A stretch of 64,000 nt of DNA from a virus, in IMG/VR virus record IMGVR_UViG_3300046170_000464, positions 16,499-80,498 of that record; one strand, written 5' to 3'. The position numbers and the translations under genes were made by a program. Below, one piece after another: positions 9,810 to 20,226 of the stretch. The notes under the pieces are model-generated. The model was not told the origin of the DNA. It was given only the letters and a program-made list of their open reading frames with translations, and ran no database searches. How positions within the stretch are numbered: position 1 is the first letter of the stretch; each line of letters begins with the position of its first letter.

Positions 9810-10280
9810 AAACCAGAAGAACTCATAGGAATCATTAAGCCACCAGCTCTAGGGATTCTTGCTTGAACTCTTCCCTGAGCTTCCATAGCGTCGGTAAATA
9901 TCTGCTTAGTTTCAGGGTGGTTTCCACCGTAAGCCGCTAAACGAAGATAGTTTTCGACATTAAACAACGGAGCAGAATCTAAAGCATCTTGAACTTCTCT
10001 AGGTCCTCGGGGCCAATCGTTTTGTTTAGCCGTTTCGTTATATAGCTCGACTGCAAACGGAATTAAATCAGCTCCACCTGTAACAAGTGATGCTGCAATA
10101 CCACCACCTCCCACAATCGCTGCGTTTCTTGAACCTTTGCACTGGATCAGGTTCAGGTGAGTTAAGTTCAAAACCAATAGCCTGTGCGTCTGCTGCACCA
10201 GCAAGTTTTTTAAGTGGAGTGTCGTAGTTAGACGCTATTTTCTTAACAAACTCGCCTGCTAATCTTTTAAGTGGTGACAT
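9806..10280 (-). CDS. Hypothetical protein (about 157 aa) split by a +1 frameshift near 10129
   Basis: Removing one base joins ...PDPVQRF to RNAAIVGGGG... Confidence 0.55.
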
Positions 10281-10337
10281 AGTTTTTGCCCGATGGCACT
10301 ATTTTAATCGATACTGGTTTAAGCTACTGCTCGTATA

Positions 10338-10796
10338 GTGACTGCCATGTCTACCAAATTTTTTGCTCCAAGCGGGATCAAGGTTACCGTTTTATCAATT
10401 CATGATGACGGCGAATACTACATGGTCCGTTCGGATACAAGCGGAAAAGTATTTTTTGCTCATAAGGACCAGATCGAAGAGTCAATCGATACAAAGTCTG
10501 AAACAACCGACACTGGCTCCAGAAATCGCCGTGGACGACGCAGCATTTCTAAAACTAAGGACCCAATCGTCGTAAAACCTCAGGTGCCTACGGATAACCG
10601 TGTCAACCTAAATACGTTGACTGCAGAAGGGCTGACACAGGTTCTTCCGGGAGTAGGTATCAAAACAGCTAAAGAAATTATTGAATTAAAGCAAGGTTTG
10701 CCCGGTGAGCGATTTACAAAGCTTGAACAACTTAAAACAGTAAAAAGAATCGACTGGGACGAAGTTTTTTCGACCGGAGAAGTTTACGTAGAATAA
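10338..10796 (+). CDS. Helix-hairpin-helix (ComEA-like) DNA-binding protein
   Basis: RVNLNTLTAEGLTQVLPGVGIKTAKEII...FTKLEQL. Confidence 0.8.
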   Translation: MTAMSTKFFAPSGIKVTVLSIHDDGEYYMVRSDTSGKVFFAHKDQIEESIDTKSETTDTGSRNRRGRRSISKTKDPIVVKPQVPTDNRVNLNTLTAEGLTQVLPGVGIKTAKEIIELKQGLPGERFTKLEQLKTVKRIDWDEVFSTGEVYVE

Positions 10797-10816
10797 AAGC
10801 ATATGTCAGGTAAATC

Positions 10817-11437
10817 GTGGCTCAGTTAACTCAAAACGAATTAGAGCAGATTCAGAGTTATCTAGCTCAACAAGGAGTAACCTTTAACGCCAACACAACT
10901 GACGCCACTAAGCGTGAGATTGTTTATGCGGCAATAAACCAAATTACCCGCAACCCTGCTCAGGTATTTGGCTATAAATTAGACGATTATAATTTCAGTC
11001 GTACTGCGTACCATCTTGCATACAACATAGCTACTGTTCCAGCAGGAGATTATGCAAGGCTTATTGAAGCGTGCAACAGTATTCCTAGTGAATTTTATAA
11101 CGATAAAATTGTTCAGCAAATTGAGCGTTGTGAAGAAGCTGAACGATTTACTGAACTAGCGGACGGTAGAGCGACTAGTAGACAAGAAACTATTCTTGGA
11201 GACGTCAGTCGTTCAATCAATATTCAAGACAAACGCGAGACCGCAAGAATTTGGCGTGAGAACTATATGTATGAGTGTGATCGACTCGCTCAAATGCTTT
11301 ACGTTCCTAACTACAGAGACCCCGTAGCTTCTCGCTACCGTTTTGAAAGATCAGGTGGTGAGTTTATCCAAGCAATTCCTGGACCTCCTGACGTATCACG
11401 ATCTGACCGGTTATATTTCCAAGCAAATTGGCGCTAA
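10817..11437 (+). CDS. Putative head-tail connector / structural protein
   Basis: Helical 206 aa protein in the structural module; function inferred from position. Confidence 0.45.
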   Translation: MAQLTQNELEQIQSYLAQQGVTFNANTTDATKREIVYAAINQITRNPAQVFGYKLDDYNFSRTAYHLAYNIATVPAGDYARLIEACNSIPSEFYNDKIVQQIERCEEAERFTELADGRATSRQETILGDVSRSINIQDKRETARIWRENYMYECDRLAQMLYVPNYRDPVASRYRFERSGGEFIQAIPGPPDVSRSDRLYFQANWR

Positions 11438-11466
11438 TGTGTAAGTATCAAATATAAAGTTCTGAC

Positions 11467-12996
11467 GTGTCATCTTCTAGAGCTAAAGGATTAGCAAATG
11501 CCGTAACTACAGGTGCGTCTAATGCTCAAGTTTTTTTGGAAGGTCTGCAGCAGTTTTTAGGAAATAAAGGTGCTCGTCAGATCTTGGAGCAAGTAGCTCC
11601 TCCAAGGAGTGCTGTTCAAGACGTTATGCAGCAAACTGGTTCTTACGGAGCTGGAATGCGAGAACTTCCAGTTTTACCTCGCCGTTCTGTGAAACCAGAA
11701 TTTGGAGGTGGAATGACACGCCGTCCCGAGCCTGGGATCCCCTCCGGTAATCCTTCTTTGGAAGGACTCACTCGAGGTCCAAGTTTTTCTACAAGGCCAC
11801 CGACTGCAGAAGCTGGAAGAATTCCTCAAGGTCCTGCTCAAAATCTTCCTCCCGAACTGGAAAGGTTTGAAGCACTGCGCCAGATGAATCTGGATCTTCG
11901 AAATCCGACTGGTGCCGTCAACCCAAACACTGGAAAGGGTATGGGAGGTCAGTATTACAGCGGTAAAAGTTCATCACCTGCTGATCGCGATTTAGTTCGC
12001 GGCTCTTTCCAAGCAGATGCCGATCGTGATGTGATGGACATTATGGAAGCCGGACGCCGTAGTCAGCCTTCACAAGTTGCAGAAGGTCAAATGAATATTT
12101 TTGATGAGCAAATGCGCCCACGTGGAATCACCACTACTGATCTCAGCAAAGCAGACATTCGGAATGCGATCCTTGCTGGTGCTTTAGGAATTGCTGGCGG
12201 TGCCGGTGGCATGATGATGGGTGGTGGTCAAGAGCAAGCTCCAGTAGGGACTTCTCTTCAAGATCGAATTGCAGCTCAGATTGAATCTGCTGCACCTCGT
12301 CAAGTTGTTGAGCCCTCTAGCCAAGCTCAAGAAATTGAAGAATTTGTTGCCCGTCAGCCAATGGGTGAAGAGGCTGCTGCCGTCGATGGTTTAATCAGCG
12401 ACGTTTTACAAGCAGTGCAAAGTTCTGGCGCTGAAGCTACTGAAAGGGTCAAAGCTGCAGCACCTAGAGATCCTTCTACCTACAAAAATATCGGTGATTA
12501 CTACGCTGACCGCCGTCGTTTTGTCGAGTCCATGCAGGGTGGAGAGTTCAAAGAAAACATGAAAGAAGCCGTAGCTGAGGAGTCACCTCAGATGACTCCT
12601 GAGAACATCATGGAGTTTGTGCAAAGCAATCCCACCCTTGCTTACGAACTAATGATGCGTGGACAAGGAGAGCGTCCTAACCCCATGCTGAGTGAGCAAA
12701 CTTCCGAGCAAATTACTACTGAGACTGTTGGTAGTTCACTCGGTGACGACAATGTCGCTAATGCTTTGGGTCAAGCAAACGCTGCTGCTGACAACGTGCA
12801 AGCTGAGATGATGGGCGGAACGCTTGAAGGCGCTGCTCGAGCTCAGCAAAATAATGAAATTATTGATGCTTCTCGCCCAATCGTTCGTCCGCAACTACAA
12901 CGCACAGAAACTTTCTTACAAGAAACTGTTCCTGGCGCACGTATGGCTGGATCTAACGAAGCGGTTGGAAGGCTTTTTAATCTGATCCGACAGTAA
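11467..12996 (+). CDS. Putative internal virion (ejection) protein
   Basis: 509 aa, low-complexity A/Q/E/G/M-rich, central Gly-rich hydrophobic segment. Confidence 0.5.
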   Translation: MSSSRAKGLANAVTTGASNAQVFLEGLQQFLGNKGARQILEQVAPPRSAVQDVMQQTGSYGAGMRELPVLPRRSVKPEFGGGMTRRPEPGIPSGNPSLEGLTRGPSFSTRPPTAEAGRIPQGPAQNLPPELERFEALRQMNLDLRNPTGAVNPNTGKGMGGQYYSGKSSSPADRDLVRGSFQADADRDVMDIMEAGRRSQPSQVAEGQMNIFDEQMRPRGITTTDLSKADIRNAILAGALGIAGGAGGMMMGGGQEQAPVGTSLQDRIAAQIESAAPRQVVEPSSQAQEIEEFVARQPMGEEAAAVDGLISDVLQAVQSSGAEATERVKAAAPRDPSTYKNIGDYYADRRRFVESMQGGEFKENMKEAVAEESPQMTPENIMEFVQSNPTLAYELMMRGQGERPNPMLSEQTSEQITTETVGSSLGDDNVANALGQANAAADNVQAEMMGGTLEGAARAQQNNEIIDASRPIVRPQLQRTETFLQETVPGARMAGSNEAVGRLFNLIRQ

Positions 12997-13065
12997 GTAG
13001 ACCACTGCGTAAGCAGTTATCTGCAGTATTCTTGACTTAAACTGGTACCTAGTAGGAGTTAAACA

Positions 13066-13620
13066 GTGGCATCGACCTCGACTAACAAGCAACCAATGAT
13101 GGTCGATCGTCCCTTTTTAAGGGGCGCAAAAATCACCAGTGCAACACCAACTGTTGATCCTGTAAATACTCAGTTTGCAAATTTAGTGCAGCTGGTACGA
13201 GTTGGCGATATCCCCTCTGAGGATGCGGCAATCGTTGAAGATATCTTCGTTGTTTCAAACGAAAGTTACCCAGATAACGGTGGTGTGCGTGCGGCTGCTT
13301 TTGGCATCTACATTTACGCACCGAACCAAGCTGCACCCTCAACTGCTGCTTCAATTCTGATTAACAAATTTACTGTTGGTCTTTCAGGAAGCACTGAAGG
13401 TTTAATTCAACGAGTGGAGCTGCCAAAAACTATCGCTCCTACACCTCAGGTGGGAGATACAGCTTTAGTTCGCCCAATCGAGCTAGGCGGTTCTGAAGCT
13501 TTGTATCTTGAAAAAGGATACGTTCTTGGAGTTGGGTATCTAGGTGATTCTGTCGTCGCGGTTTCAGGTGGTCTGAGTCCTTCTGGTATTTCCATCTGGG
13601 CGCAGGGTGGTTTCTATTGA
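13066..13620 (+). CDS. Tail-associated structural protein
   Basis: MASTSTNKQPMMVDRP...WAQGGFY; beta-rich; AGGAG RBS. Confidence 0.6.
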   Translation: MASTSTNKQPMMVDRPFLRGAKITSATPTVDPVNTQFANLVQLVRVGDIPSEDAAIVEDIFVVSNESYPDNGGVRAAAFGIYIYAPNQAAPSTAASILINKFTVGLSGSTEGLIQRVELPKTIAPTPQVGDTALVRPIELGGSEALYLEKGYVLGVGYLGDSVVAVSGGLSPSGISIWAQGGFY

Positions 13621-13623
13621 TCT

Positions 13624-15192
13624 GTGAGCAAACGTCGCAAGGGTTCTGATTTTTTTGGGTGGGATAACTTCGCACCCAAGAGTTCTCGGTTTGACTTTGG
13701 GGCAGTAAAAGGAGCTAATACCAAACGATCCTTAGACAGGCCAATGCCGTGGGATCAAAAATTTAGACCGGAACAAAATTTAAAAGATTTCAGTATCCTT
13801 TTTGATTACAACTACGCGTCTATGTGGACGCGGTGGAGGAGAGGATACGAACTGTTTATGTATACGAATCAAGCTTTGGTTGGCTTGAACTATACATTTC
13901 GTTATGCAATGAACGGACAATCAGGGTCTGGTGGCACAGAGATTCCTGGTTTGATGTACATGTACCCGTCTACTCAACAAGACATGGGTATGCGGATGGT
14001 AGTTATAAAACCACGCGATAGTATCAACCTTCTTGACTTAGGTTTATCTGTAAAGAGCGTTTTTAACTTTGACATCCTTAACAAAATTATTGGTGTTGAG
14101 TTAAGTAGTAACTTTGGTCCACCTGTGTCTGATATGACTGGGGAACTTGTATCGGATCGATTTAGAGCTGACGGTACTCCAAAAACGACATATAACAATT
14201 ACACGGTTCTTGCAGTTGGTACTAAAGCTGGAGGTCCTCAGGTACCTACCGGTGCAGCAAACTTAGATACTCTGTTTCTCTCGGTAGACGCAGAGCGAAG
14301 TTTCACGACCATAAAAGATGAATCGTTTGCAGCACCAGCAGCGTCGAATCCGATAGTAGGTGAGTTCTTATCGAGTGCGATGAGATTTGGGTGTAACTGC
14401 CCGGACTATCTTGCAAGAGAGGATTTCAATCTTTACAAGTACGCTCAGAAAAAGACATACCCTTACACGGGGACACAAGATTTAAAACCTGGTACTTACG
14501 ACGCAGGTACCGAAACATTTTCTGGTGAAAGGCCAACAAACACAAGAGACCTACCTGGATTTGTTAGAGATTTTGGTTTTATTTACACCAAGGTTCTTTT
14601 AGGAGCACCTCAAGGAACGGACAGCAAGCAGTCGTCCTACTCAGATCCAAATCTTTTATTCTTTCAGCCGAGATTCTGTAAACATATTTATGCCTCGTGG
14701 TGGGATATGCAAAACCGATTTGGGAATTATTCATATCTCAAATCCTTTCTAGCTCAGCCTACTGACGAACCTATGGACGGAAGGTACAGAGAGTACTTTC
14801 AACGTACCTTGGAAAAACAGACTCAGTTTCTTCAAACAGCTGAAAGCTTGAACTGGTGGGAATCTTATTCACCAGCTAGGTCAGACGTTCCGAATCATGT
14901 GCTTTATTCGGACATGAACCCGACGATGGTCAAAGTCCTTAACTTTGACACTCTCGCATCTGGGGTTTCAATCCCTCTAGTGCCAAGTGGATTCGTGATG
15001 TTCGACATCGACGAATTTAACCCTTTACAGCCTGTTCCTCCAGAAGCGCGACCAATTTTTGATGGTGGTATATATCAAAACGGTTCGCCTAGTGGTGTTA
15101 GCGGAACAATTATTTATGATGGAGGACAGTATTTGAACGGCTCTCCACTGCCTCCTTTATTCAGCCCTATCGTGAACGGAGGTACATACTAA
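13624..15192 (+). CDS. Structural protein with split SWIM-like Zn finger and C-terminal DGG repeats
   Basis: CNCPDY...FCKHIYA; FDGGIY/YDGGQY/VNGGTY. Confidence 0.6.
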   Translation: MSKRRKGSDFFGWDNFAPKSSRFDFGAVKGANTKRSLDRPMPWDQKFRPEQNLKDFSILFDYNYASMWTRWRRGYELFMYTNQALVGLNYTFRYAMNGQSGSGGTEIPGLMYMYPSTQQDMGMRMVVIKPRDSINLLDLGLSVKSVFNFDILNKIIGVELSSNFGPPVSDMTGELVSDRFRADGTPKTTYNNYTVLAVGTKAGGPQVPTGAANLDTLFLSVDAERSFTTIKDESFAAPAASNPIVGEFLSSAMRFGCNCPDYLAREDFNLYKYAQKKTYPYTGTQDLKPGTYDAGTETFSGERPTNTRDLPGFVRDFGFIYTKVLLGAPQGTDSKQSSYSDPNLLFFQPRFCKHIYASWWDMQNRFGNYSYLKSFLAQPTDEPMDGRYREYFQRTLEKQTQFLQTAESLNWWESYSPARSDVPNHVLYSDMNPTMVKVLNFDTLASGVSIPLVPSGFVMFDIDEFNPLQPVPPEARPIFDGGIYQNGSPSGVSGTIIYDGGQYLNGSPLPPLFSPIVNGGTY

Positions 15193-15193
15193 T

Positions 15194-15787
15194 ATGACTA
15201 CCACACCGGTTACCCTCTTATCCAAACGTTCTGGTAATGCTTCCGACCGTCCTTTAGTTACGACGGTCCAAGCAGGTGAACTAGCTATAAACTTTGCTGC
15301 TGCCGAAAATGGTCTTTATTTCAAAGATTCTTTAGGTGATATTCGCAAGGTCACTGGGGTTCATTACGGTAGTGCTGCCCCTAATAGTTCTGCCGCTGGT
15401 GAGACTGGTAATTCTGTAGGGGAGCTCTGGCTTGAAGATGGGACTAATAACTTTCTAAGAGTGTGGGACGGATCTACATTTATAAAGATCGGTGCTGCTT
15501 TTGCTGACGTTGCAGGGACTGCCACGGTATCTATCGCTTCAGGAGCGATTTTTGCTAACAGTGCTTTAGTAGCTTCTGGATCGTTTGGATCGATAACCGC
15601 TTCTGGAGCTTTAGGAACTCCAATTGCCTCAGGGTCTCTTGGGTCTGTCCTTGCTTCGGGCGTAGGTATTGCTCTGATTAGTGGTGCTTTCCCCGCAGTA
15701 CCTCCCTCAGGAAGTTTTGGGTACAGAGTCGATCCGCCAAGCGGTTTGTACGTCTCTTTCGGCGGAGGATGGGTTCCAGCTGCTTAA
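15194..15787 (+). CDS. Tail fibre-like protein
   Basis: KRS....RP.....GELAIN....GLYFKD fibre N-terminus; GELW...LRVWDG; 9-aa xASG repeats. Confidence 0.7.
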   Translation: MTTTPVTLLSKRSGNASDRPLVTTVQAGELAINFAAAENGLYFKDSLGDIRKVTGVHYGSAAPNSSAAGETGNSVGELWLEDGTNNFLRVWDGSTFIKIGAAFADVAGTATVSIASGAIFANSALVASGSFGSITASGALGTPIASGSLGSVLASGVGIALISGAFPAVPPSGSFGYRVDPPSGLYVSFGGGWVPAA

Positions 15788-16317
15788 CGAAGGCACGCCT
15801 TCATTTTTCCGGCTGCGTCGAAAAGATTACCAACAATTTCTGCGACACAAACTTCGATGTCGGGAGCGCCTACTTCTCTGGCAGTGTCATAAAGATCTTT
15901 GCCTTTAAAACCGCAGTCCTCAAGATTTCGAATGTATGTAACCATGCTCTCGCGAGCATCGTAGGATTTTGTAGTCTTAAAACTCTTGTAGGAACCCATG
16001 AGTCCTTTTTGACACATCGGCATCAAGTAGTCCATGCTTCGAACTTTTTCTGCAATTCGATTGAAATCACATAAATGTTGTTTGTACTCTTCTTTTAAAA
16101 ATTCACTGACAGTCAGGTGATTGGCACCTTCAATATTTAGTGAAATCAAGTTTGCTTGAATATTTAAGTGATAAAGATAAGAAGCCATTTCAACCATCCG
16201 ATAAATCAGATTGTCTACGTTGGCTTCTTTCTTTACGACGATCTCCTCTACTACAACTTCCTCCGTGGGAGCGGTTAGAGCTTCTTGGAAAACTTGTTGC
16301 AGATTAGAGGAAGTCAT
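15784..16317 (-). CDS. Dps/ferritin-like protein (degenerate ferroxidase site)
   Basis: LNIEGANH....EFLKEEY......RIAEKVRSM aligns by eye to Dps HWNVxG..F...H..FEE.Y......D.IAER. Confidence 0.7.
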   Translation of the reverse strand: MTSSNLQQVFQEALTAPTEEVVVEEIVVKKEANVDNLIYRMVEMASYLYHLNIQANLISLNIEGANHLTVSEFLKEEYKQHLCDFNRIAEKVRSMDYLMPMCQKGLMGSYKSFKTTKSYDARESMVTYIRNLEDCGFKGKDLYDTAREVGAPDIEVCVAEIVGNLFDAAGKMKACLR

Positions 16318-16322
16318 TTATC

Positions 16323-16610
16323 TCAAAACGTACAGGTACCGGTGCTGCACGTAGAAGTTTCACTTTCTACTGTAGCTTCTTCGTTTACATCTTTCTGATT
16401 AGCTTGGCTCTTGAGGTACTCCTGTAGAGCGTCACGATTGATTCGGAAGAGGGATTTAACACCATTGGGCTGAAGGTTTACGTAAGTGCTCTTAGGCCAA
16501 CCACCTGGTTGACGTGACTCAGTGAGAGAGATGCGCTTACGAACAAATCCAGCTGAGCAGTTGAGCAGCTCAGCAGTTTGCGCAATTGTGAGCAGCTTCT
16601 GGGATTCCAT
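16323..16610 (-). CDS. Excisionase-like HTH DNA-binding protein
   Basis: LLTIAQTAELLNCSAGFVRKRI...FRINRDAL.EYL. Confidence 0.75.
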   Translation of the reverse strand: MESQKLLTIAQTAELLNCSAGFVRKRISLTESRQPGGWPKSTYVNLQPNGVKSLFRINRDALQEYLKSQANQKDVNEEATVESETSTCSTGTCTF

Positions 16611-16747
16611 GCGAAACAGGTTTTGAGTGCTTTTAACAGCATGAGATTAGCAGGGATAAAGACAATAGCAATACGAAAACTGATTTACTATTTGTCTTAA
16701 TGTTCTACAGGCGTTATGATTTGTTAAGGTTGATTTGACAGTAACTA

Positions 16748-16999
16748 ATGGCACAAGTCCGATTAGCTGGCGAAGTTTTCTCGGGATATAACAAACCCAA
16801 GCGTGATGTGCAAGGGGGTAAACAATTCTCTGTAGCAGCTAAAGAAGGAGACAAGGTTCGTTTAGTCCGCTTCGGCGACGCGAACATGGAAAACAAGAGT
16901 GACAACCCTGAGAGACGTAAAAACTTTCGTGCTAGACACAGCTGTGACGAGAAAAAGTCAAAGCTTTCAGCAGGATACTGGTCATGTAAGAAATGGTAA
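16748..16999 (+). CDS. Small basic phage protein
   Basis: VRFGDANM..KSDNPERRKNFRARHSC....AGYWSCKKW, a widespread phage motif. Confidence 0.8.
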   Translation: MAQVRLAGEVFSGYNKPKRDVQGGKQFSVAAKEGDKVRLVRFGDANMENKSDNPERRKNFRARHSCDEKKSKLSAGYWSCKKW

Positions 17000-17062
17000 G
17001 CATCTAGTTATACCTTTTCAGTATCTATTCCTAAGTAGACTGAACTCAGAGACAGACTTCTG

Positions 17063-17290
17063 ATGAACGGCTCTGAGCATGTCAACGTTAGTCTCACACT
17101 GGAAGATGAGTTCACCCTTACTCGTATCAAAAATGCCGCCTATGACCTTAAAGGAAGAGACAGAGAGCAGTATCTCTGGAATCGAATTGTCAGATTAGTC
17201 TGCCGAGAAAGAGCTTTTAAATTTATTGTCGACGAACTTGGTGTGGTTGTTGACCCTAATATAAGTGTGTTCGAAGAAATAGAAGATTGA
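17063..17290 (+). CDS. nblA: NblA-like phycobilisome degradation adaptor (copy 1)
   Basis: SLTLEDEF.L......L.....QYL......VCRERAFK matches NblA LSLEQ.F...RE..Y pattern. Confidence 0.6.
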   Translation: MNGSEHVNVSLTLEDEFTLTRIKNAAYDLKGRDREQYLWNRIVRLVCRERAFKFIVDELGVVVDPNISVFEEIED

Positions 17291-17342
17291 AGATCTCCTT
17301 CTCACTTTTATTTTTATCAAGTATTTTCCTTCCGGTTAGCGT

Positions 17343-18219
17343 GATGGCTCAGACACTGACTCAGCAACAAATAAGAGTTCTTGCAGAGAAAGCTGGTTTT
17401 TCTTCTCAAAACTCGAATACGATTGCTGCCGTCTGTAAATCTGAATCTGCTGGATTTGCCGGAGCTCATAACCCCAACGCTTCAATGGGTGACAACTCCT
17501 ACGGGCTTTGCCAGATCAACATGCTGGGGGCTATGGGACCGGAGCGTCGTGCTAAATTTGGAATCTCAAGCAATGAAGAGCTTAAAGATCCTCTTACTAA
17601 TTTAAAAGCAGCTAAGAGAGTATTTGATGAAGAAGGATTTGGAGCTTGGTCAGATTACACAAATAAAAGATATGAAGACCATCTTCCCTCAGGTCCAGCC
17701 ATGAATCAAAGCAATGCTCCAGCAAGCGACAAGGCAATGGCAGCGTTAGGCCAAAATGCTCCAGCTGAATTAGTAAATTTAGTAGCTGCTAGAAAAAATC
17801 TTGAAACAGCATCTGATAACAGCTATGACAACACAAGCTCTAATGGAAGTTCAAATTTACCTCAGGCACAACCGGGTCGCGAAGTAAATGGTGCCCTTGG
17901 AAAATTAAACGAAGCTTCAAGTGCTTTGAACCAAACAGCTTCCCCCGTGGCTGAAGATCAAATGCGTGCAGCAATCTTACAGATGTTCCAACAAGCTAGC
18001 GCTGGGTTGAGCGAGGAACAAAAAAATACAATTACAGGAGCAGATAAACCTAAGGATGATACGTCAGTACAAGCTGATCTACTAAAAAAACTTTTTCAAC
18101 AAAGCATGAAGTCAGCACAGGAAGCTGAAGATCAACGTATTTTTGAATCATTCATGAACAAGTCGAAAGGAGCTATAAACAATGCAGTTCAGTACAAGAT
18201 GGGTAAATCAGTGCTTTGA
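17343..18219 (+). CDS. Virion-associated lytic transglycosylase (SLT/lysozyme-like domain plus helical tail)
   Basis: KSESAG (catalytic Glu), SYGLCQIN, NLKAA, GFGAWS.Y; ATG at 17343 preferred over TTG at 17287. Confidence 0.85.
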
Positions 18220-18255
18220 AAAAAGGTATAATTTAATTAAAGGTCTCGGATAAAA

Positions 18256-19130
18256 ATGAGTACGCCAATCCTCTCTAACGGACAGATGTACTTTGGTGAT
18301 GCTGGTACTCCTAGCTACACGATGGGTAGTGATTTCACTGGAGGGTTTGACTTTAATAATACTGGTGGCTTTTCGCTTCCTGACTTGATGAATAGTGATC
18401 TTACCGGATACGGTGGGAATGCTCCTACCTTCCCGGTTAAACCAGGTTCTATCAATTTTGGATCTAGCGAGAGTGGTTTCACAAAATAATCTAAATAATA
18501 TTTTAGGTTTTTTAAACACTGACGAAGTTAAAGGGGGGATCAGAGCTCTTTTTTCTTCCGGAGATGGCAATCCTTATCCTGGGTTCGATAACGAACTGAC
18601 AGAAGAGACTGTTCAGCGTATTGGTGCTGAAACAGAACTTCGTCTAAATGATTTAAGGAATACCTTAAATGATATTGCTTATCTGACAGGTAAAAGCACA
18701 CCTGAGTTTGTCTCCGAAACAGACGCTAGGTACGCAGGTTATTTAGAACCAGCATCACAGCGTGGTTATGACTATCTCTTTAACAGGCCAGCTCAATTTC
18801 AAGAAACAATCGCAGGAGATAGTGAAAAAGTCAGGGGCTCAATCGATGATTATTTAGAGTCTTACAGCAACCTTGAACCGTAAGACGTTTATGGATCAAG
18901 CTGAAAACCCAACTACAGTCTCTATCGACCCCTCGGTTTACGACAAGCAAATTAATAAGTATATGGACAAAGCAAATATGAGCAGAATGTATGATTATGG
19001 TGATCCCCAGTCGCAAGAATTTATTCAAGGAGCTGGTGCTCCTGGGACTAAATATGATCGCCAACGCATGGCTGGTTTCTTTGCAAACGATCCTGGTGTA
19101 CAACAGTTAATGAGTTACTCATCTTATTAA
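18256..19130 (+). CDS. Putative internal virion protein (about 290 aa) split by two +1 frameshifts
   Basis: Fragments 18256-18489, 18395-18883 and 18873-19130 join on removing one base near 18485 and one near 18872. Confidence 0.55.
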
Positions 19131-19441
19131 TGAGTCTCTTTAGATCTGATATAGAAAGAAAAGCCAACCGGTACACATACCGGAAAGATAGCCACGTAGA
19201 TAAAAATCCTAGTTTTCGTTTAGCCGGTCGTATATTTCAAGAATCTGATGTTCGCACCGAAAAACGTAAAGAGGAAAGATCTTCTTTACAGCGTAGCCGT
19301 CCAGTAGGTTACGGTTTCGCTAATAAAGATGAGTACGGTCCTGACAATGACTGGGATTCAAAAGATTCACTTAGACGTATACACGACCGAGATCACTATA
19401 TAGTCGGTGGAAATCTTGGACTCTCTGCTCCCAGTTACTAA
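19130..19441 (+). CDS. Hypothetical basic protein
   Basis: TAATG coupling to the upstream gene. Confidence 0.6.
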   Translation: MSLFRSDIERKANRYTYRKDSHVDKNPSFRLAGRIFQESDVRTEKRKEERSSLQRSRPVGYGFANKDEYGPDNDWDSKDSLRRIHDRDHYIVGGNLGLSAPSY

Positions 19442-19949
19442 CTGACGGCATATAAAAAACAAAACCAAATACTTTGGAATTTAGTACTGGCTCAAATTCT
19501 TTTGTGTCTTTAAGTAAGCGAGGATGTTCTTTTAAAACGCACATAGGAAGATCTATATTTAATTTTTGAGTGACAATAAGTGCAACCTCAGTAGACGTGA
19601 TAAACACTATACCTTCGTCAAACTCTTTCTTGATCCATTTTTTATAAGCAGTTTCAAGCCAAACTCGTTGATTTGATTTTTTAAAATACTTTGATTTTTC
19701 GAATAATTTGCTTGATTTTGGTTGTTCGCTACCTAGAGCGATATCTCTAGGAGGATATAAATAAATATTTTTAGCTTTCCACTCTTGTTTTAGTCCGTTA
19801 TCTTTCCAATCGAAGAAGCGTGTAGCTTGAACAACAACGTTGGCATCACTACTCGAAGCAGGATCTAAGAATATTTCACCACCTAAAAATGCTGTGGTCG
19901 TTGCGACTAAGTCAAGAGGTGAAACAAAGTCAAAGGAAGCAAGTACCAC
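19371..19949 (-). CDS. Phage N6-adenine DNA methyltransferase-like protein (NPPY replaced by YPPR)
   Basis: LDPASS..AN..V.A..F....DNGL...W...IYLYPP. Confidence 0.7.
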   Translation of the reverse strand: MVLASFDFVSPLDLVATTTAFLGGEIFLDPASSSDANVVVQATRFFDWKDNGLKQEWKAKNIYLYPPRDIALGSEQPKSSKLFEKSKYFKKSNQRVWLETAYKKWIKKEFDEGIVFITSTEVALIVTQKLNIDLPMCVLKEHPRLLKDTKEFEPVLNSKVFGFVFYMPSVSNWEQRVQDFHRLYSDLGRVYV

Positions 19950-20224
19950 TACTCACTTTCTTCAGTAGCCAACATTAATCTCATTTGACTAATCAAACCA
20001 GAGCATCCTGTACCATCCCAGATAACATCGTAGAAGAAATGACCTGCTCCTACCTTGTTTTTCTTGACAGTAATTGACTTTACTGTTCCAACTCCTCTGT
20101 CTTTGCTTGTTTTGACTTTTTTCTGAGCGTTCAAGCTTATAAAGAGTCTTCCCGCGTGATGGTGTTCTGTTACTCGATCTCCTTCTTTGAATTTGGGAAC
20201 AGCAGGGGGTCTTTTTTGAACCAT
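19949..20224 (-). CDS. SH3/KOW-like hypothetical protein
   Basis: KFKEGDRV...G.V....YDVIWD. Confidence 0.6.
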   Translation of the reverse strand: MVQKRPPAVPKFKEGDRVTEHHHAGRLFISLNAQKKVKTSKDRGVGTVKSITVKKNKVGAGHFFYDVIWDGTGCSGLISQMRLMLATEESE

Positions 20225-20226
20225 AT

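Noticed and set aside
10338-10796. PsbU photosystem gene
   Set aside because: Similarity is limited to the generic HhH motif, and there is no signal peptide.
16323-16610. Prophage/integration module implied by excisionase-like HTH
   Set aside because: No integrase, att site or host flanking genes in the window.
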